A stretch of DNA of 64,000 nt from Camelus dromedarius (Eukaryota). This document shows, piece by piece, positions 52,715 to 64,000 of this stretch (position 1 is its first letter; each line of letters opens with the position of its first letter). The stretch spans positions 118,670,001 to 118,734,000 of the forward strand of contig NC_087437.1 of NCBI RefSeq assembly GCF_036321535.1, given 5' to 3'. A program made the position numbers and the translations under genes. A model generated the notes under the pieces. That model was given only the letters and a program-made list of their open reading frames with translations, was not told the origin of the DNA and did not search any database.

Positions 52715-53745
52715 GTGAGCATGCAGGTTTGTCACAGAAGGGGCGCCAGGAAGGGAAGCCTGCAGGGTGCAGGGTGCCCGGCCCCTGAGGGTCCCTCAGG
52801 GCATCCTTTAAGAAGGAACAAAGCTCCGAGGAGCAGGATGCTTCCTGAGGGAAACGGAATGGGAGACGACGACTAACAGATTGCCTTTCTAAAAAAATTA
52901 TTGGCTGGTGGAGCGCATAAATCCTAGACGCAGAGAAATATTTCCAGGTAGCAAGACAGAGCTACCGCTGACCATAAATAGAATAGCAAAGAGCTAAACC
53001 CAGGGTGGGACTTACACTCACACACACACACTCGGGAAAAACTGACCCGGCTCAGTGTCCTCCAGGTGTGCGCTTCTAAACAGACGTGCGCATCTTCACT
53101 GCTGAACTTCCAAGAACCTTGTGGGGCTCATTCGCATTGTGAATTTCTGAGATGGGGCCACTGAACGTGGCGTTTCCCAGATTTGTCTGACCTCATATCC
53201 TATTTTCACTAGAGCCTCTTCCCAGATGGAAGTTCTTTGATATATGCTTAAAAAAACTCAGATTTAATGCATTTAGGAAAATCTGAACTTATTTTTTCTC
53301 TTTTCCTTTCTGCCCTCCTTCCTTTGCTTGCTCTAAATTGCACTTTTTTTTTTTTTAACAGTGGTAGGATTGTTTAGGGTTTTTTTTTTTTTCTCTTTTG
53401 ATATTGACTTTTCTGAACACAGAAGGGACAGTTTTTGGCATTTGTTTTCATCTTTTAGAAACTTCTGTCCATCTTATTGTGTGGTCGGTAAACAGGAGGG
53501 CAGTGAGGACCGAAAATTATGTTGGCTGAGGGTGAGGATGTGACTGAACCCCAGACACAGGGCTTTTCAGAACTGAGAATTAAAACTCTGTGCCCGAATT
53601 GAGTCCGAAAGAGTCCTACGTGTGGCACACTGGGCTAGCCTGTCCCCTCCTGTCATGGGCCCCAGGAGGACAGACTCTGTCCTAGCACGACACACCGAGT
53701 CTGCAGGGAGACGTTCATATGCTTTCCCCTCTTCCCCCCGCCCAG

Positions 53746-53878
53746 ACTGAAGGAGGACGCCAAGAAGGCCATCGAAGCCCTGGGAAGTAAAGAGATCAGA
53801 AACATGAGATTCAGGTCAAGCTGGGTGTTCCTTGCAGCAAAAGGCTTTGAACTCCCTGCAGAAATTCAGAGAGAAAAG
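53746..53878 (+). CDS. FAM3B: FAM3B exon 7
   Basis: cccag| and |gtgagt; 133 nt; encodes [45 protein letters not shown]. Confidence 0.97.
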
Positions 53879-56149
53879 GTGAGTGGCTGTTAAACGTCCC
53901 TTCCCCCGAACAGTACAGTACATGCTGTGATTTGTCTCCTAACACCTTCCTGTGTTAGACGCATGCGCACAGGGCTGTGCCCGAGGCCCCTGCTTCTGTG
54001 CGCGCGCTTCCCGCGTGGTTCTGCATCCTGAAATCCTGGGGGAAGCTCGCCTTCCACCCAGTGGTGCTTGATGAGCTGTTACAGGCAAAACAGTCCATCC
54101 TAAGATGTTTGCAACCTTTCTTATTGTGTCAGCATTCAAAAGACACTTGGCAAGTTTTGACCTTCCAGTCTCTTTAAAAGTAGAGAATTCTGAATGCGCT
54201 ATTGGTGTTGATTTTCTATCCTGCTACAGCCGACAGTACGTCCCAAGCCTCTTCCCTTTGCCTCTGTTCCGGGGCTGGTCACAGTGCTTAATTCTCAAGT
54301 TGGTCCCCAAGTCACCAAGCCTGTGTGCGTGAAGCACTTGAGACAGGGCGGGCTGCACACGAGCACTGGGTAAATGCCGCTTGCCTCGTCGCTGCCTTGA
54401 GTAAATTGGGACAGGACTGATTATACGCCCCTCCCACTATGGCCTTTATTTATGGAAGAAAAGTAAAGAGCAAAAGAATGAAGTTCTGGCGCATTAATAC
54501 TAAGTCACCATGAAACTTCCAAGTGAGGGGTGGCCAAAGTGTCCTAGGAGTTACAGGCTGTCGCCTCTGCAGGCATCACCAGCTCCTTTGGAGGGCGCTG
54601 CTCTCCAGGAACCGGCGCTGAAATACGCTCCAGAAGCGGAAGGAGTTAGCTGGCTGCCAAGGAACGAGCCCCGCCCTCAGCTGCTCCTTTCTTCCAGCTA
54701 GAAGGTCAAAGAGAGTCGAGCTTCCCTACTTCCCCCCACCTTTCCATCCCCTATCTGTCATTCCCAACCTGAGTCACCTCAAAAAACGCGGACACCCAGA
54801 CCCACTGCACTGGAATCGCAGAGGCCGGGGCCTGCCCCGGTGATTCTGACGCGCAGGGAGAGTTGGACCCATTGCACTGATTTTCACGAGAAAATAGAGG
54901 CCCTGGTTCTATGTGCACATCCACACTCTCCCTTAATATTATATTCCAGCGTCTCTGTGCTTTCCCCAGCTATCTTACCCCTCACCCTCTTCCATGCCTC
55001 CTCCTCTGTCCCCCTCATCCTCTCCAGGTGCCCCGCCCTGCCCCCACCCCAGCTGTCCCGGTCACATAACTCATCAGTAGTGGTGGTGAGCAGGGACTGC
55101 TGGCAGCCAGGGGTGTCAGGCCAGTGGGAAGTGCTGTGTGTCCTCGCCTGTCATTACTGTTATGACAGGAATTGTTCCCACTCAAATGTGAGAGCTTGAA
55201 TCTTGCTTAACTCAAAAATGTCAACATCTCCACAAACAGGTTCCATATTCATGTTTAGCTCAGACAGAAGACAAAGCCTCATCTGAACTGATTTTTTGTT
55301 TTCTTTATGGGAAAAGGAGTTTCTGGAGTGGGAGGAATCAAGGAAAATGCAGGTGTCCCAGTACTGCACTGCATTTAGAGACACAATGTGTTTTGAAACC
55401 GTGGCTCTAAGTGAGTTGCAGGAGAATGCTTGTCTTGCCCACGTGTGTTGGTTGAAAGTCATTGTCCTGCTTACTACAAGGGTGCAAAGACCAGACCTGA
55501 GCGTGGTGAGCAGTTTTTGTAAGTCATTAGAGCTACTGTGGTTTGGGGCCCAAAAGGATGTTTGCTTGGATGTTGATGAAACCTGAGCTGGCGGCCAGGA
55601 CCTCAATATGGGCCTGACTGCGGATCTGAGTCAAGTACTACTGGAGGAATCGTTGCCGTCTTCATTATTTTAGACTTCAAGTTTGTACACCGTAGATTTC
55701 CCCAAGAGTGGGGTACAACCTGCTCCCCCCATGATGCAGAACTAGAGCTCAGACCCTGTCTGCAGCCCAGCCAACCCCCTTCCACGCTTATCTCCATCCT
55801 ATGCATGCTCAGCACGCTTACTGTGGTTTTTGCTCTCACACGCACATCACAGAGCCTCCCCTTGCTTGGACCTCTGCTGTGACTCCTTCCATCCTGAGTG
55901 TGCTTTCCTGGAAGCTCCTTCACGATCCAGCTCACAGCTGTTTTTTTGTGGAGACTTTCTGGCCATCCTCCCCTGCCCTTGTGTGCCCACAGCACTCTGT
56001 GCCTTCCTTGATGGGCATGTGGTGCTGTGCATTAGTGTTGTCTGTCTGTCCTTGCTTGGATGGTAACCTCCTGAAGGCATAGAGCACATTTTCTTCTACT
56101 GTGTGATCCCCGAAGTCTCAACAATGAGTGAATTATCAGAAGAGTAGTT

Positions 56150-58560
56150 TTCAGAAGAGATGTATAACCAAGTGAGATTTGTTCCAGAAATACAAAGTTG
56201 GTTTAACAGCCAAAAATCAATTCATGTAATCATCACGTTACTAGAATAAAGGACATGACTATTTCAATAGACACAGAGAAAATATTTAACAAAATTCAAC
56301 ACCCTTTCAGGATAATACACTTAACTAAGAACAGAAGGGAACTTCCTTAACCTTTTAAAAGGTATCTACAGAGGGGTGGATATAGCTCAGTGGTAGAGCT
56401 CATGCTTAGCATGCACAAGGTCCAAGGTTCTGGGTTCAATCCCCAGTACCTCCATTTAAAAATAAATAAATCAAAATAAAGGATATTTACAAAAACCCCA
56501 TATATAACATCATATTTAATGTGAAAACCAAACGGCTTCCCTCTGAGATCAGGAACAAGACAAGGATATCCATCTTTGCAACTTTCTTCAACATTGTTCT
56601 GACCAAGGCAATTAGGGAAAAAATAAAAAAAGAAAAGAAAGAAAGAGACGGGAAAAAAAGGGCAATAAATGAAAGCCATCCACATTGGAAATGGTATGAT
56701 TCTGTGTTCCAGAAAATCATAAGGAATCCACTAAAAAACCTGTTTGAACTAGTAAACAAGTTCAGTAAGTTTGCAGGATGCAAGATCTAGGTACAAAATC
56801 TATTTACTTGCAGTGAACAATCTGAAAACAGAATTCAGAAAACAATTCCATTTGCAATAACATCAAAAAGAATAAAATACTTAGGAATTAACTTAATGTA
56901 GAAGTAAGACTTATACACTAAAAACTATAGAACATTGCTGAAAGAAATTAAGAAGACCTAAAAAAAGGGAAAGATATTTTACATTAATGAATCAGACAAT
57001 TTAATATTGTTAAGGCACGAATACTCTCCAGATTGATATACAGATTTAATGCCATCTTTATCAAAACCCCAGAGGGCTTTTCACAGAATTTGAGAAGATG
57101 ATCCTAAAATTCACGTGGAAACTCAGAGGACCCAGATAGTCAAAACAATCTTGAAAAAGAAGAATAAAGTTGGAGGACTCTTACTTTCCAGTTTCAAAAC
57201 TTACTACAAAGCTGCAGTAATCAAGACAGCATAAAGACAGGCATATAGACCAAAGGAACAGAACTGAGAAATAAAACCTCATAGTTTTGATCAAAAGATT
57301 TTCAACAAGAGTGCCAAGACCTATTAACAGGGAATAAATGGTCTTTTCAACAAATGGTCCTGGGACAACTAGACATCCACATGCAAAAGAATGAATTTGG
57401 ATCCCTACCTCACACCATATACAAAAATTAACTCAAAATGGGTCAAATAACTAAATGTAAGAGCTAGAACTATTAAACTCTTAGAAGAAAACACAGGCAT
57501 AAATCTTTGTGACCTTGGATTAGGCAGTGATTTCTTAGCTATGATACCAAAAGCACAAACAAAAGAAAAGAATACATAAATTTCACTTCCTCAAAATTTA
57601 AAACATTTGTGCTTCAAAGGACACCATCAGGGATGTGAAAAGATAGCCCACAATATGGGAGAGAATATTTGCAAAAAAAAAAAGAGTTGTATCCAGAATA
57701 TATAAAGAACTCTTGCAACTCAATAATAAAAAAGACAAATAACCCAGTTTTTAAATGGGCAAAGGATCTGAATAGACATTTCTTCAAAGAAAATATACAG
57801 ATGACTAATAAGCACGTAAAAATATACTCATGACTAGCCATCAGGAAAATGCAAATAAAAACCACTGTGAGATACCACCTCACACCTGCTAGGAGTGTTA
57901 TAATAAAAAAGACAAAATAAGAAGTATTGATGAGGATGTGGAAAAATTACAACCCTGCTGCTCTGAGAAATATTCTGGCAGTTCCTCAAAAAGTTAGGCA
58001 TGTAGTTACCGTATGTTCTAGCAATGCCACTCCCAGCTACAGAGCCAAGAGAATGAAAACATATGTTCACACAAAAACTTGTACATAAATATGTGCGGTA
58101 GTGTCATTCATAATAGCAAAAAGTGGAAACAACCCAAATGTCTGATTAATGGATTAAAAATGTATAAATCAGATATGGTATAGCCATACACTGGAATATT
58201 ATTCAGGCACATAAAGAGATGAAGCCCTGGTATATGACACGGACGACCCTTGAAAACACGCTGAGTGAAGGGCACCAAACGCAAAGGCCATGCATTGCGA
58301 TTCCTTTTACAGGGAATTTCTTGAAGAGTCAAAACCAGAGACAGAAAGTACATCAGTGGCTTCTAGGGCTGAGGGGGCTGATGAGTGGCTTCGAATGGGT
58401 GCATGTTTTGCCGTTCGGGGGTTGAGAATGACCTAAAATTGATTGTGGTGATAGTTGCATATCTCTGCGAATAGACTGAAAACGGTTGAACTGTACACTT
58501 TAAATGGGTGAATTTTATAGTATGTAAATTAGAGCTCAGCAAAGCTTTTCTAGAAAAAAA
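56150..58560 (+). mobile_element. L1 ORF2 3' half and 3' UTR in FAM3B intron 7
   Basis: FNIVL..AIR..ELVNKFSKFAGCKI and a typical L1M 3' UTR. Confidence 0.93.
56371..56477 (+). mobile_element. tRNA-Ala-derived SINE inserted in L1
   Basis: tatagctcagtggtagagc..gggttcaatccccagtacctcc; approximate TSD aaaggtatctaca / aaaggatatttaca. Confidence 0.9.
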
Positions 58561-59141
58561 GGGAGATAAAACTAGAATTCCCAAGTTCAGAATGCATATT
58601 ATTCTTTTTAAGCATTAGGTGAAGGTGCTCCATTATCTATGAGAGAATTGACGCTGGACAGAGCTGAAGTCGAACTCAATATGAAGGCACATCTTCTGAG
58701 CAAGGAGCGCTACGATCACCCTGAAAAAAACCTGTAATCCTCCTCCCAGAGAACTGAAAACTAAACTTTAGAACAGGCAGATACTAGCCAGATTTTCATT
58801 TACATTTGAATTTATTCTAATTAAATAGAATTTAAAACTCAGTTCATCAGCCCCACGAGCCACATTTCAGGGTATTCAGTAGCCAGACGTGGCTCCTGGC
58901 TCCTCTACTGGGAGCATAGATTAAAGGACATTTACATCATTCATTTGAGAAAGTTTTCCGTGTGTTGAATCAAGTTGGTTGAAGTAAGAGACACACTGAG
59001 AGGAGATGAAGACCCAGAGGAGGTTGGAGCAAATCCCATTCTAGGAAGACATTCTCTTTTTATGAATTTGCTCACAGCTGGCATGTTAATTTGTGGATTA
59101 GATTAGTGAGTAAATTAAATCCTTTTCTTTCCTTTACGCAG

Positions 59142-59231
59142 ATCAACCACTCAGATAGCTCAAGGAACAGGTACTCGGGCTGGCCTGCAGAGATACAGAT
59201 AGAAGGCTGTATACCGAAAGGACCAAGCTAA
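59142..59231 (+). CDS. FAM3B: FAM3B exon 8 (last coding exon, TAA stop)
   Basis: tttacgcag| acceptor; encodes [29 protein letters not shown]; the exons sum to 708 nt in one continuous frame. Confidence 0.97.
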   Translation: MNHSDSSRNRYSGWPAEIQIEGCIPKGPS

Positions 59232-59245
59232 CGTTGCCCGGCCTT

Positions 59246-59251
59246 AATAAA
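59246..59251 (+). terminator. Candidate polyadenylation signal AATAAA
   Basis: Canonical hexamer 14 nt after the FAM3B stop codon, followed by GTGTGTTT. Confidence 0.4.
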
Positions 59252-60181
59252 CGTGTGTTTATAGACAAATGCAGCATGGAATGGACCAAGAATCTGATCC
59301 AGCGGTCACTATTTGATGAGTATTTGGGGCTTGCCATCAGCCAACCAGAATATTTGCTGGCTGTATAAAATCTTGCCGTATAGACGTTTTATTTATAGAG
59401 TGAAGATCGCAGGACAACTGAAATGAATAACTGTTCAAGGAAGTGCAGTGATTGAACTTTGAGAGGAGAGGGTTGGGGGAGCAACCACTGCTTGTCGGGG
59501 TGGAGGGCTATTTTATGATCAGATCTAAGTTTGACCCCTGTGGTCCAGACAGCTCTGCAGAGAGAAAACCTTTATCCCTGATCACCAGGCACACCCTCCT
59601 TTTGGATGGTCATCTCCTTGGAGGACGAGCAGCGGTCAGAGGGCGTAGCTAACATCTGGGGTCCACCCTAGTTGAGCTGTTAAAGTCTCCCCCTGGGTCA
59701 CTGAACTTATTTACTCCACAAACCTAGGTGCCCCTACCTCGGGCACCAGCAGTGCCGCAGTGAAGAGCCCCAGGCTCTGCCTCCATGTGGGAGCGTCCCT
59801 CCAGGGGCTGGGGGTGGGGGGGACCTTTGCTTAGCAGGGTGGGGAGGGAGGAGCTCTGACAGAGTGGGTGGGCAGGGTCTGCTGCTGGGAGGCCCACAGT
59901 CTACCCCAGGCTTACCAGGAGACACATCGTAAGATCCATGTAGCAGCATATCCAGAGAAGCACGTCTGGTGACTTGGGGTTAAGAAAATCCAGTCACTGC
60001 CAAACGCCCATTCTAACGACCCTCCTGGGGCTGGCTGCCGCAAAGGCTAGGAGACTTTGATGCCCAGTTAATAGTACTTCTCGGAGCCTCTCGTTTCTCA
60101 TCAATAAAACAGAGGGATTGGGACCGAGAGTGATTTTCAAGCACTTTTATCAGCAGGACTCCTTTTAAGAACATGGTAGCA

Positions 60182-60340
60182 GGGGATGGGTAGAGCTCAG
60201 TGGCGGAGCACATGCTTAGCCTGCACGAGGTTCAATCCCCAGCGCCTCCGTTGAAATAAAGAAAGAAAGAAAGAAAAATAAACCTAATCCCCCTCCCCCA
60301 AAAAAAGAGCTTCTGATAAAAATGAATGAATAAAATGAAC
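60182..60340 (+). mobile_element. tRNA-Ala-derived SINE (Vic-1-like)
   Basis: tRNA-like body and A-rich tail; TSD acatggtagca (60171-60181) / acacggtagca (60341-60351). Confidence 0.88.
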
Positions 60341-60781
60341 ACACGGTAGCACGTGGCGCCCTCACAGTGTCAAAGCAGTGGAGCTCATTAGCGCCAGCTT
60401 CCCCTTCGTGCTCTCTGCCGGCTGCAGGTCAGCAGAGGCTTGGCCCTCCTCCTGAAGGTGGGTCCTGACCATCATGGAAGCCAGAGAGAGCAGGAGTCCA
60501 GGTGCCCCCCAAAGCTCCTGCCAGGACACACACGAGCCCTCCCCCGTCCCTCCACAGCGGGGGGACGTCACCCTCCTGGCAGCGGGGTGGGAGGTGGGGT
60601 GTCTGCCCTCCCACAGGGAGGGATGACTATGTGTGAGCAGGAGGGGAGCGGCCACCGAAAGCCAAGCAGAGCTCCAGCCCAGAGAGAACCTCGGCATCTG
60701 GGCAGTGGCCCTTCAGGGAGACTGGACCTCTCTCTGCAAAGGCGTCTGCAAACCACTGGATGGGATCTTGGCTCAGGCCCT

Positions 60782-61214
60782 ATTACGAGCTAAACTCTGT
60801 TCCCTCAGATCCGTGAATTGACCCCTAATCAGCATTTCCTCTAAACGTGACGCCATGTGTCAGTAGGGTCATGTAATACGCTAGAGGGAAGTGGCCCCCC
60901 ATCCAGTACGACTGGTGTCCTTACAGAAAAGGGACGTGTAGATACAAACAAGCCCTTGGGGAGAAGGCCACGTGGCGTTGGAGGCAGAGATCCAGGTGAC
61001 GCTTCTACAAGCCAGGGAGCCCCCGAGGTCACCAAAACCCACGGGGAGCGAGGGGGGCCTGGAACAGGTCCTCCCCTGGAGGCTTCAGAGGAGGCCGCGC
61101 CTGCCTGCTCCTGGGCTTGGACGTGCGGCCTCCAGAACCGTGAGATTAAGTGTCTGCTGTTTAAGCCGCTGGGTTTGTGGCGCTTCGTCATGGCAGCCCT
61201 GGCCAACGAATACA
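60782..61214 (+). mobile_element. MaLR MLT1-like LTR
   Basis: gactggtgtcctta..ggcctccagaaccgtgaga..tgtttaagcc..gtttgtgg..atggcagccct..aataca. Confidence 0.8.
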
Positions 61215-61399
61215 GATCTGTTTAGGTGCTAAATTCTTTGGTGTCCGCAGACATTTCCGTAAGGGGGAGGCATATTTGCACTCCGGCTGAAACTATTACA
61301 TTTTCAGAGCATCTTCACCCGCGGTAGCAGGTGAGGCCTCAGGCACTCCTGGCCAGGTGTGTCCAGGATCCTGCCTTGGGATGTGAACTCCTGCAAGAG

Positions 61400-62107
61400 C
61401 CCCACCCTGTGACAGCCCCCACCCTGTGACAGCCCCCACCCTGTGACAGCCCCACATCCTGTGACAGCCCCCACCCTGTGACAGCCCCCACCCTGTGACA
61501 GCCCCGCATCCTGTGACAGCCCCCACCCTGTGACAGCCCCCACCCTGTGACAGCCCCGCATCCTGTGACAGCCCCCACCCTGTGACAGCCCCGCATCCTG
61601 TGACAGCCCCACCCTGTGACAGCCCCCACCCTGTGACAGCCCCGCATCCTGTGACAGCCCCCACCCTGTGACAGCCCCGCATCCTGTGACAGCCCCACCC
61701 TGTGACAGCCCCCATCCTGTGACAGCCCCGCATCCTGTGACAGCCCCCACCCTGTGACAGCCCCCATCCTGTGACAGCCCCGCATCCTATGACAACTGTC
61801 ATTCTGAGACAGCCCCACATCCTGTGACAGCCCCTCCACCCTGTGACAGCCCTCACCCTGTGACAGCCTCCATTCTGTGATGGCCTATATCCTGTGACAG
61901 TTCCCTCATCCTGTGACAGCTTCCACCTTGTGACAACTCCCATCCTGTCACAACCCCCCATCCTACAACAGCCCCACATCCTGTGAAAGTCCCCCACTCT
62001 GTGACAGGCCCATCCTGTGACCACCCCCACCCCGTGACAGCCCCCATCCTGTGACAGCACCCCTACCCTGTGACAGCCCCCCCATGACAACCTCCCTCCT
62101 GTGACAG
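61400..62107. repeat. Minisatellite, 16-18 bp unit (cccccaccctgtgacag / ccccgcatcctgtgacag), about 40 units
   Basis: Tandem array visible directly; homogeneous left part, degenerate right part. Confidence 0.98.
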
Positions 62108-62929
62108 TCCTGAGGCCCCTGCAGCTCTCAGTGTGTTTGTCCCCCTGGTGTGCAAGATCTGACTTGTCCATGTCCTGTCCACGTCCCTGCAAGGGCGCTG
62201 AGAGGGCCACCGAGAGCCCTGGATCCTCTGTTCTCCCATGGCCGCCTGCAGCTGCCGGCCTGTGAAGCCTCAGCCACCGATCATAAAGCTAAGAACTTAC
62301 TGAAAACCTCTTCCTCTGTTGTGGCCTTGGCTATGTTTTGTTTCTTTCCCGAGGTTTATGTTTTCCACCTAAATTTTCATTTTGTTCGGTAAACCAAGTG
62401 GCGGCCTCCGCAGCACCCCCGTTTCAGAGAGGGCAGGGCCAGGTTATGGGGTGGGGTTTAGGTTCACCGTGTGTTATTTTAACAGGTGTGTCTAGCGTTC
62501 CTGAATCCAGCCATGGAGTCAGTCTCCATCCGCCCATTCTACAGATTGCAGCCAAAGAACAACCCCAGCAGTGGGACGGCATCCTGACTTGTCATCACCA
62601 GGTGGGGTTCCCTCTGCCCCACTCCCTGCCCTCAGCCCTGCAGTAGGGACATCTGGCCCCACCTAGAACTCAGGGCTCAGCCCCTGAAGCCAGTCGATCC
62701 TCCTGGAGGTGGGGGTGTCCCACCAGCTTCGCTCACCGGGTCCTCTCCTGACTGATCAGCCCCTTTGGCCTTGTCTGCAGGAGCAGGAGTCGGGGTGTTA
62801 CCCCAACCCCTTTCTGGGTTTTGGACCACCTGGCAGAGGTGGCCGGAGAGTTTCGGCGACGTCACAGAGAAGGAGGCAGGATGGAGACAGGACATCAGGG
62901 GTGCTGGGGGCTGCAGGAGGTAGCTGAGC

Positions 62930-63220
62930 AGGCAGGTGCAGGATTCTCAGGGCGGTGGACTGCTCTGTACGGGACTGCAACGGAGGACACAGGTCATTAC
63001 ACGTTTGTGCAGCACCGAGAGTGACCCTGATGTGCACTGTGGGCTCCGGGTGACGATGACATGTCCATGCAGGTTCACAGATTGGGACAAATGCACCCTC
63101 TGGTTGTCAACAGCGAGGAAGGCTGTGCATGTGTTGGGGGAGAGGGTCTGGGGCAATCTCTGTACCTTCCTCTCACTTTTGCTGTCAACCTTAAACTGCC
63201 CTCAACGATAGCCTATTACA
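62930..63220 (+). mobile_element. L1MC-like 3' end fragment
   Basis: ggctgtgcatgtgt..aatctctgtaccttcctctcacttttgctgt..aaactgc. Confidence 0.75.
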
Positions 63221-63839
63221 AACAAAGAGAAGGAGCGACCAACGAGACTGAGCCTCGGGTAGGCTAATTGCCCACACGCTGAGCGGACGTGAGCCTACGC
63301 CTGCCCCCTAGGGTGGGGCCTGGCAGGGGGCGCCAGCCCCCCACCCCCACCCTGCAGCAGGGGGCCTGGAAGGGGCTGCCCTCCCACAGAGAGGGCTGCC
63401 CCGGAGCCTCTGCCCTGGGGAAGCGGGCACTTCCGGGCCTCTCTCAGCAATCCTGTCACCCAGACGCCCGGACTGCCGACACCTCAAAACCGGGAACAGA
63501 GCTTGCTCCTGCCTGAGGAAAGGGTGTCACCCGCTGAGACCCTGCACCGCTCAGTGGCCCTTTGTCTCCCTCCAGCCCAGACAATGGCACTGCCCACCCC
63601 AGGCCTGTCCCCCGTCCACAGGTACTAGGCACAAGGGTTGATGTCCTCTGAGCACCTTCCCCGGGATGGGTCCCCTTGTCACCCTCGCTGGAGCACGTGG
63701 GGCCCAGAGAGTGAAGGGTCCGGGGTTTCCATCCTGAAGCGGCCTCTGCAGCGACACACCCACTTAGAGCTCTTGTCCACAGACTCCATGTTCCCTCCAA
63801 CTCGTGAATCCAACAGCCGGGGAGGCGCTCACATAGTCT

Positions 63840-64000
63840 CCTCTAGAGGACTGGGGGGCAGGCGCAGGACGAGAGGTCCGAGGGTGGGTGCCTTTCGGGT
63901 CCGGACGGCCGGGTGCTGCACGAACGCGCGGGCCAGCCCTTCTGCAGAGGGTCCTGAGGCCGGCGGGACGGGCGACTGCGGCGGGCGGTCTTCATCAGCC
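63840..64000. promoter_or_regulatory. Start of a CpG-rich region, likely the promoter of the next gene (MX locus by synteny)
   Basis: CpG density rises sharply at the window edge; the gene identity rests only on the usual FAM3B-MX2-MX1 order. Confidence 0.45.

Noticed and set aside
56371..56453. tRNA-Ala(AGC)-like sequences here and at 1224, 20309, 29731 and 60182 as tRNA genes
   Set aside because: They have indels and A-rich tails, and three have clear or approximate TSDs, so they are SINE copies and not functional tRNAs
61400..62107. CRISPR-like array
   Set aside because: No unique spacers, mammalian context and no cas genes
61296..62210. 304-aa repetitive minus-strand ORF and overlapping ORFs
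   Set aside because: By-product of a minisatellite unit that lacks stop codons; open in all three frames over the homogeneous part
62335..62355. ISRE/GAS-like motif gtttctttcccgag
   Set aside because: Spacing fits neither GAAANNGAAA nor TTCNNNGAA

Overview
Mammalian genomic DNA, most likely a camelid: it carries five copies of a tRNA-Ala(AGC)-derived SINE of the Vic-1 type. One protein-coding gene can be reconstructed in full: FAM3B (PANDER) on the + strand. It has 8 coding exons from 24895 to 59231, all with GT-AG introns, giving a 708-nt CDS (235 aa plus stop) that keeps the four family cysteines. The first ~24 kb is a dense field of ERV solo LTRs, L1s and DNA transposons. It also holds an unexplained CpG island at ~7.5-8.5 kb with clustered CACGTG and GGCGGGA motifs. 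A ~700-bp G-rich minisatellite lies just downstream of FAM3B, and another CpG-rich stretch starts at the right edge, probably the MX locus by synteny. Most entries in the ORF track are spurious or L1 remnants. I cannot establish a new biological system from sequence alone. The best leads are the orphan CpG island (a possible far-upstream FAM3B first exon or divergent transcript), an octamer/CCAAT-rich young LTR, the TGACAG minisatellite and several FAM3B isoform or sequence peculiarities. Repeat family names are recognised from memory, not from a database search.
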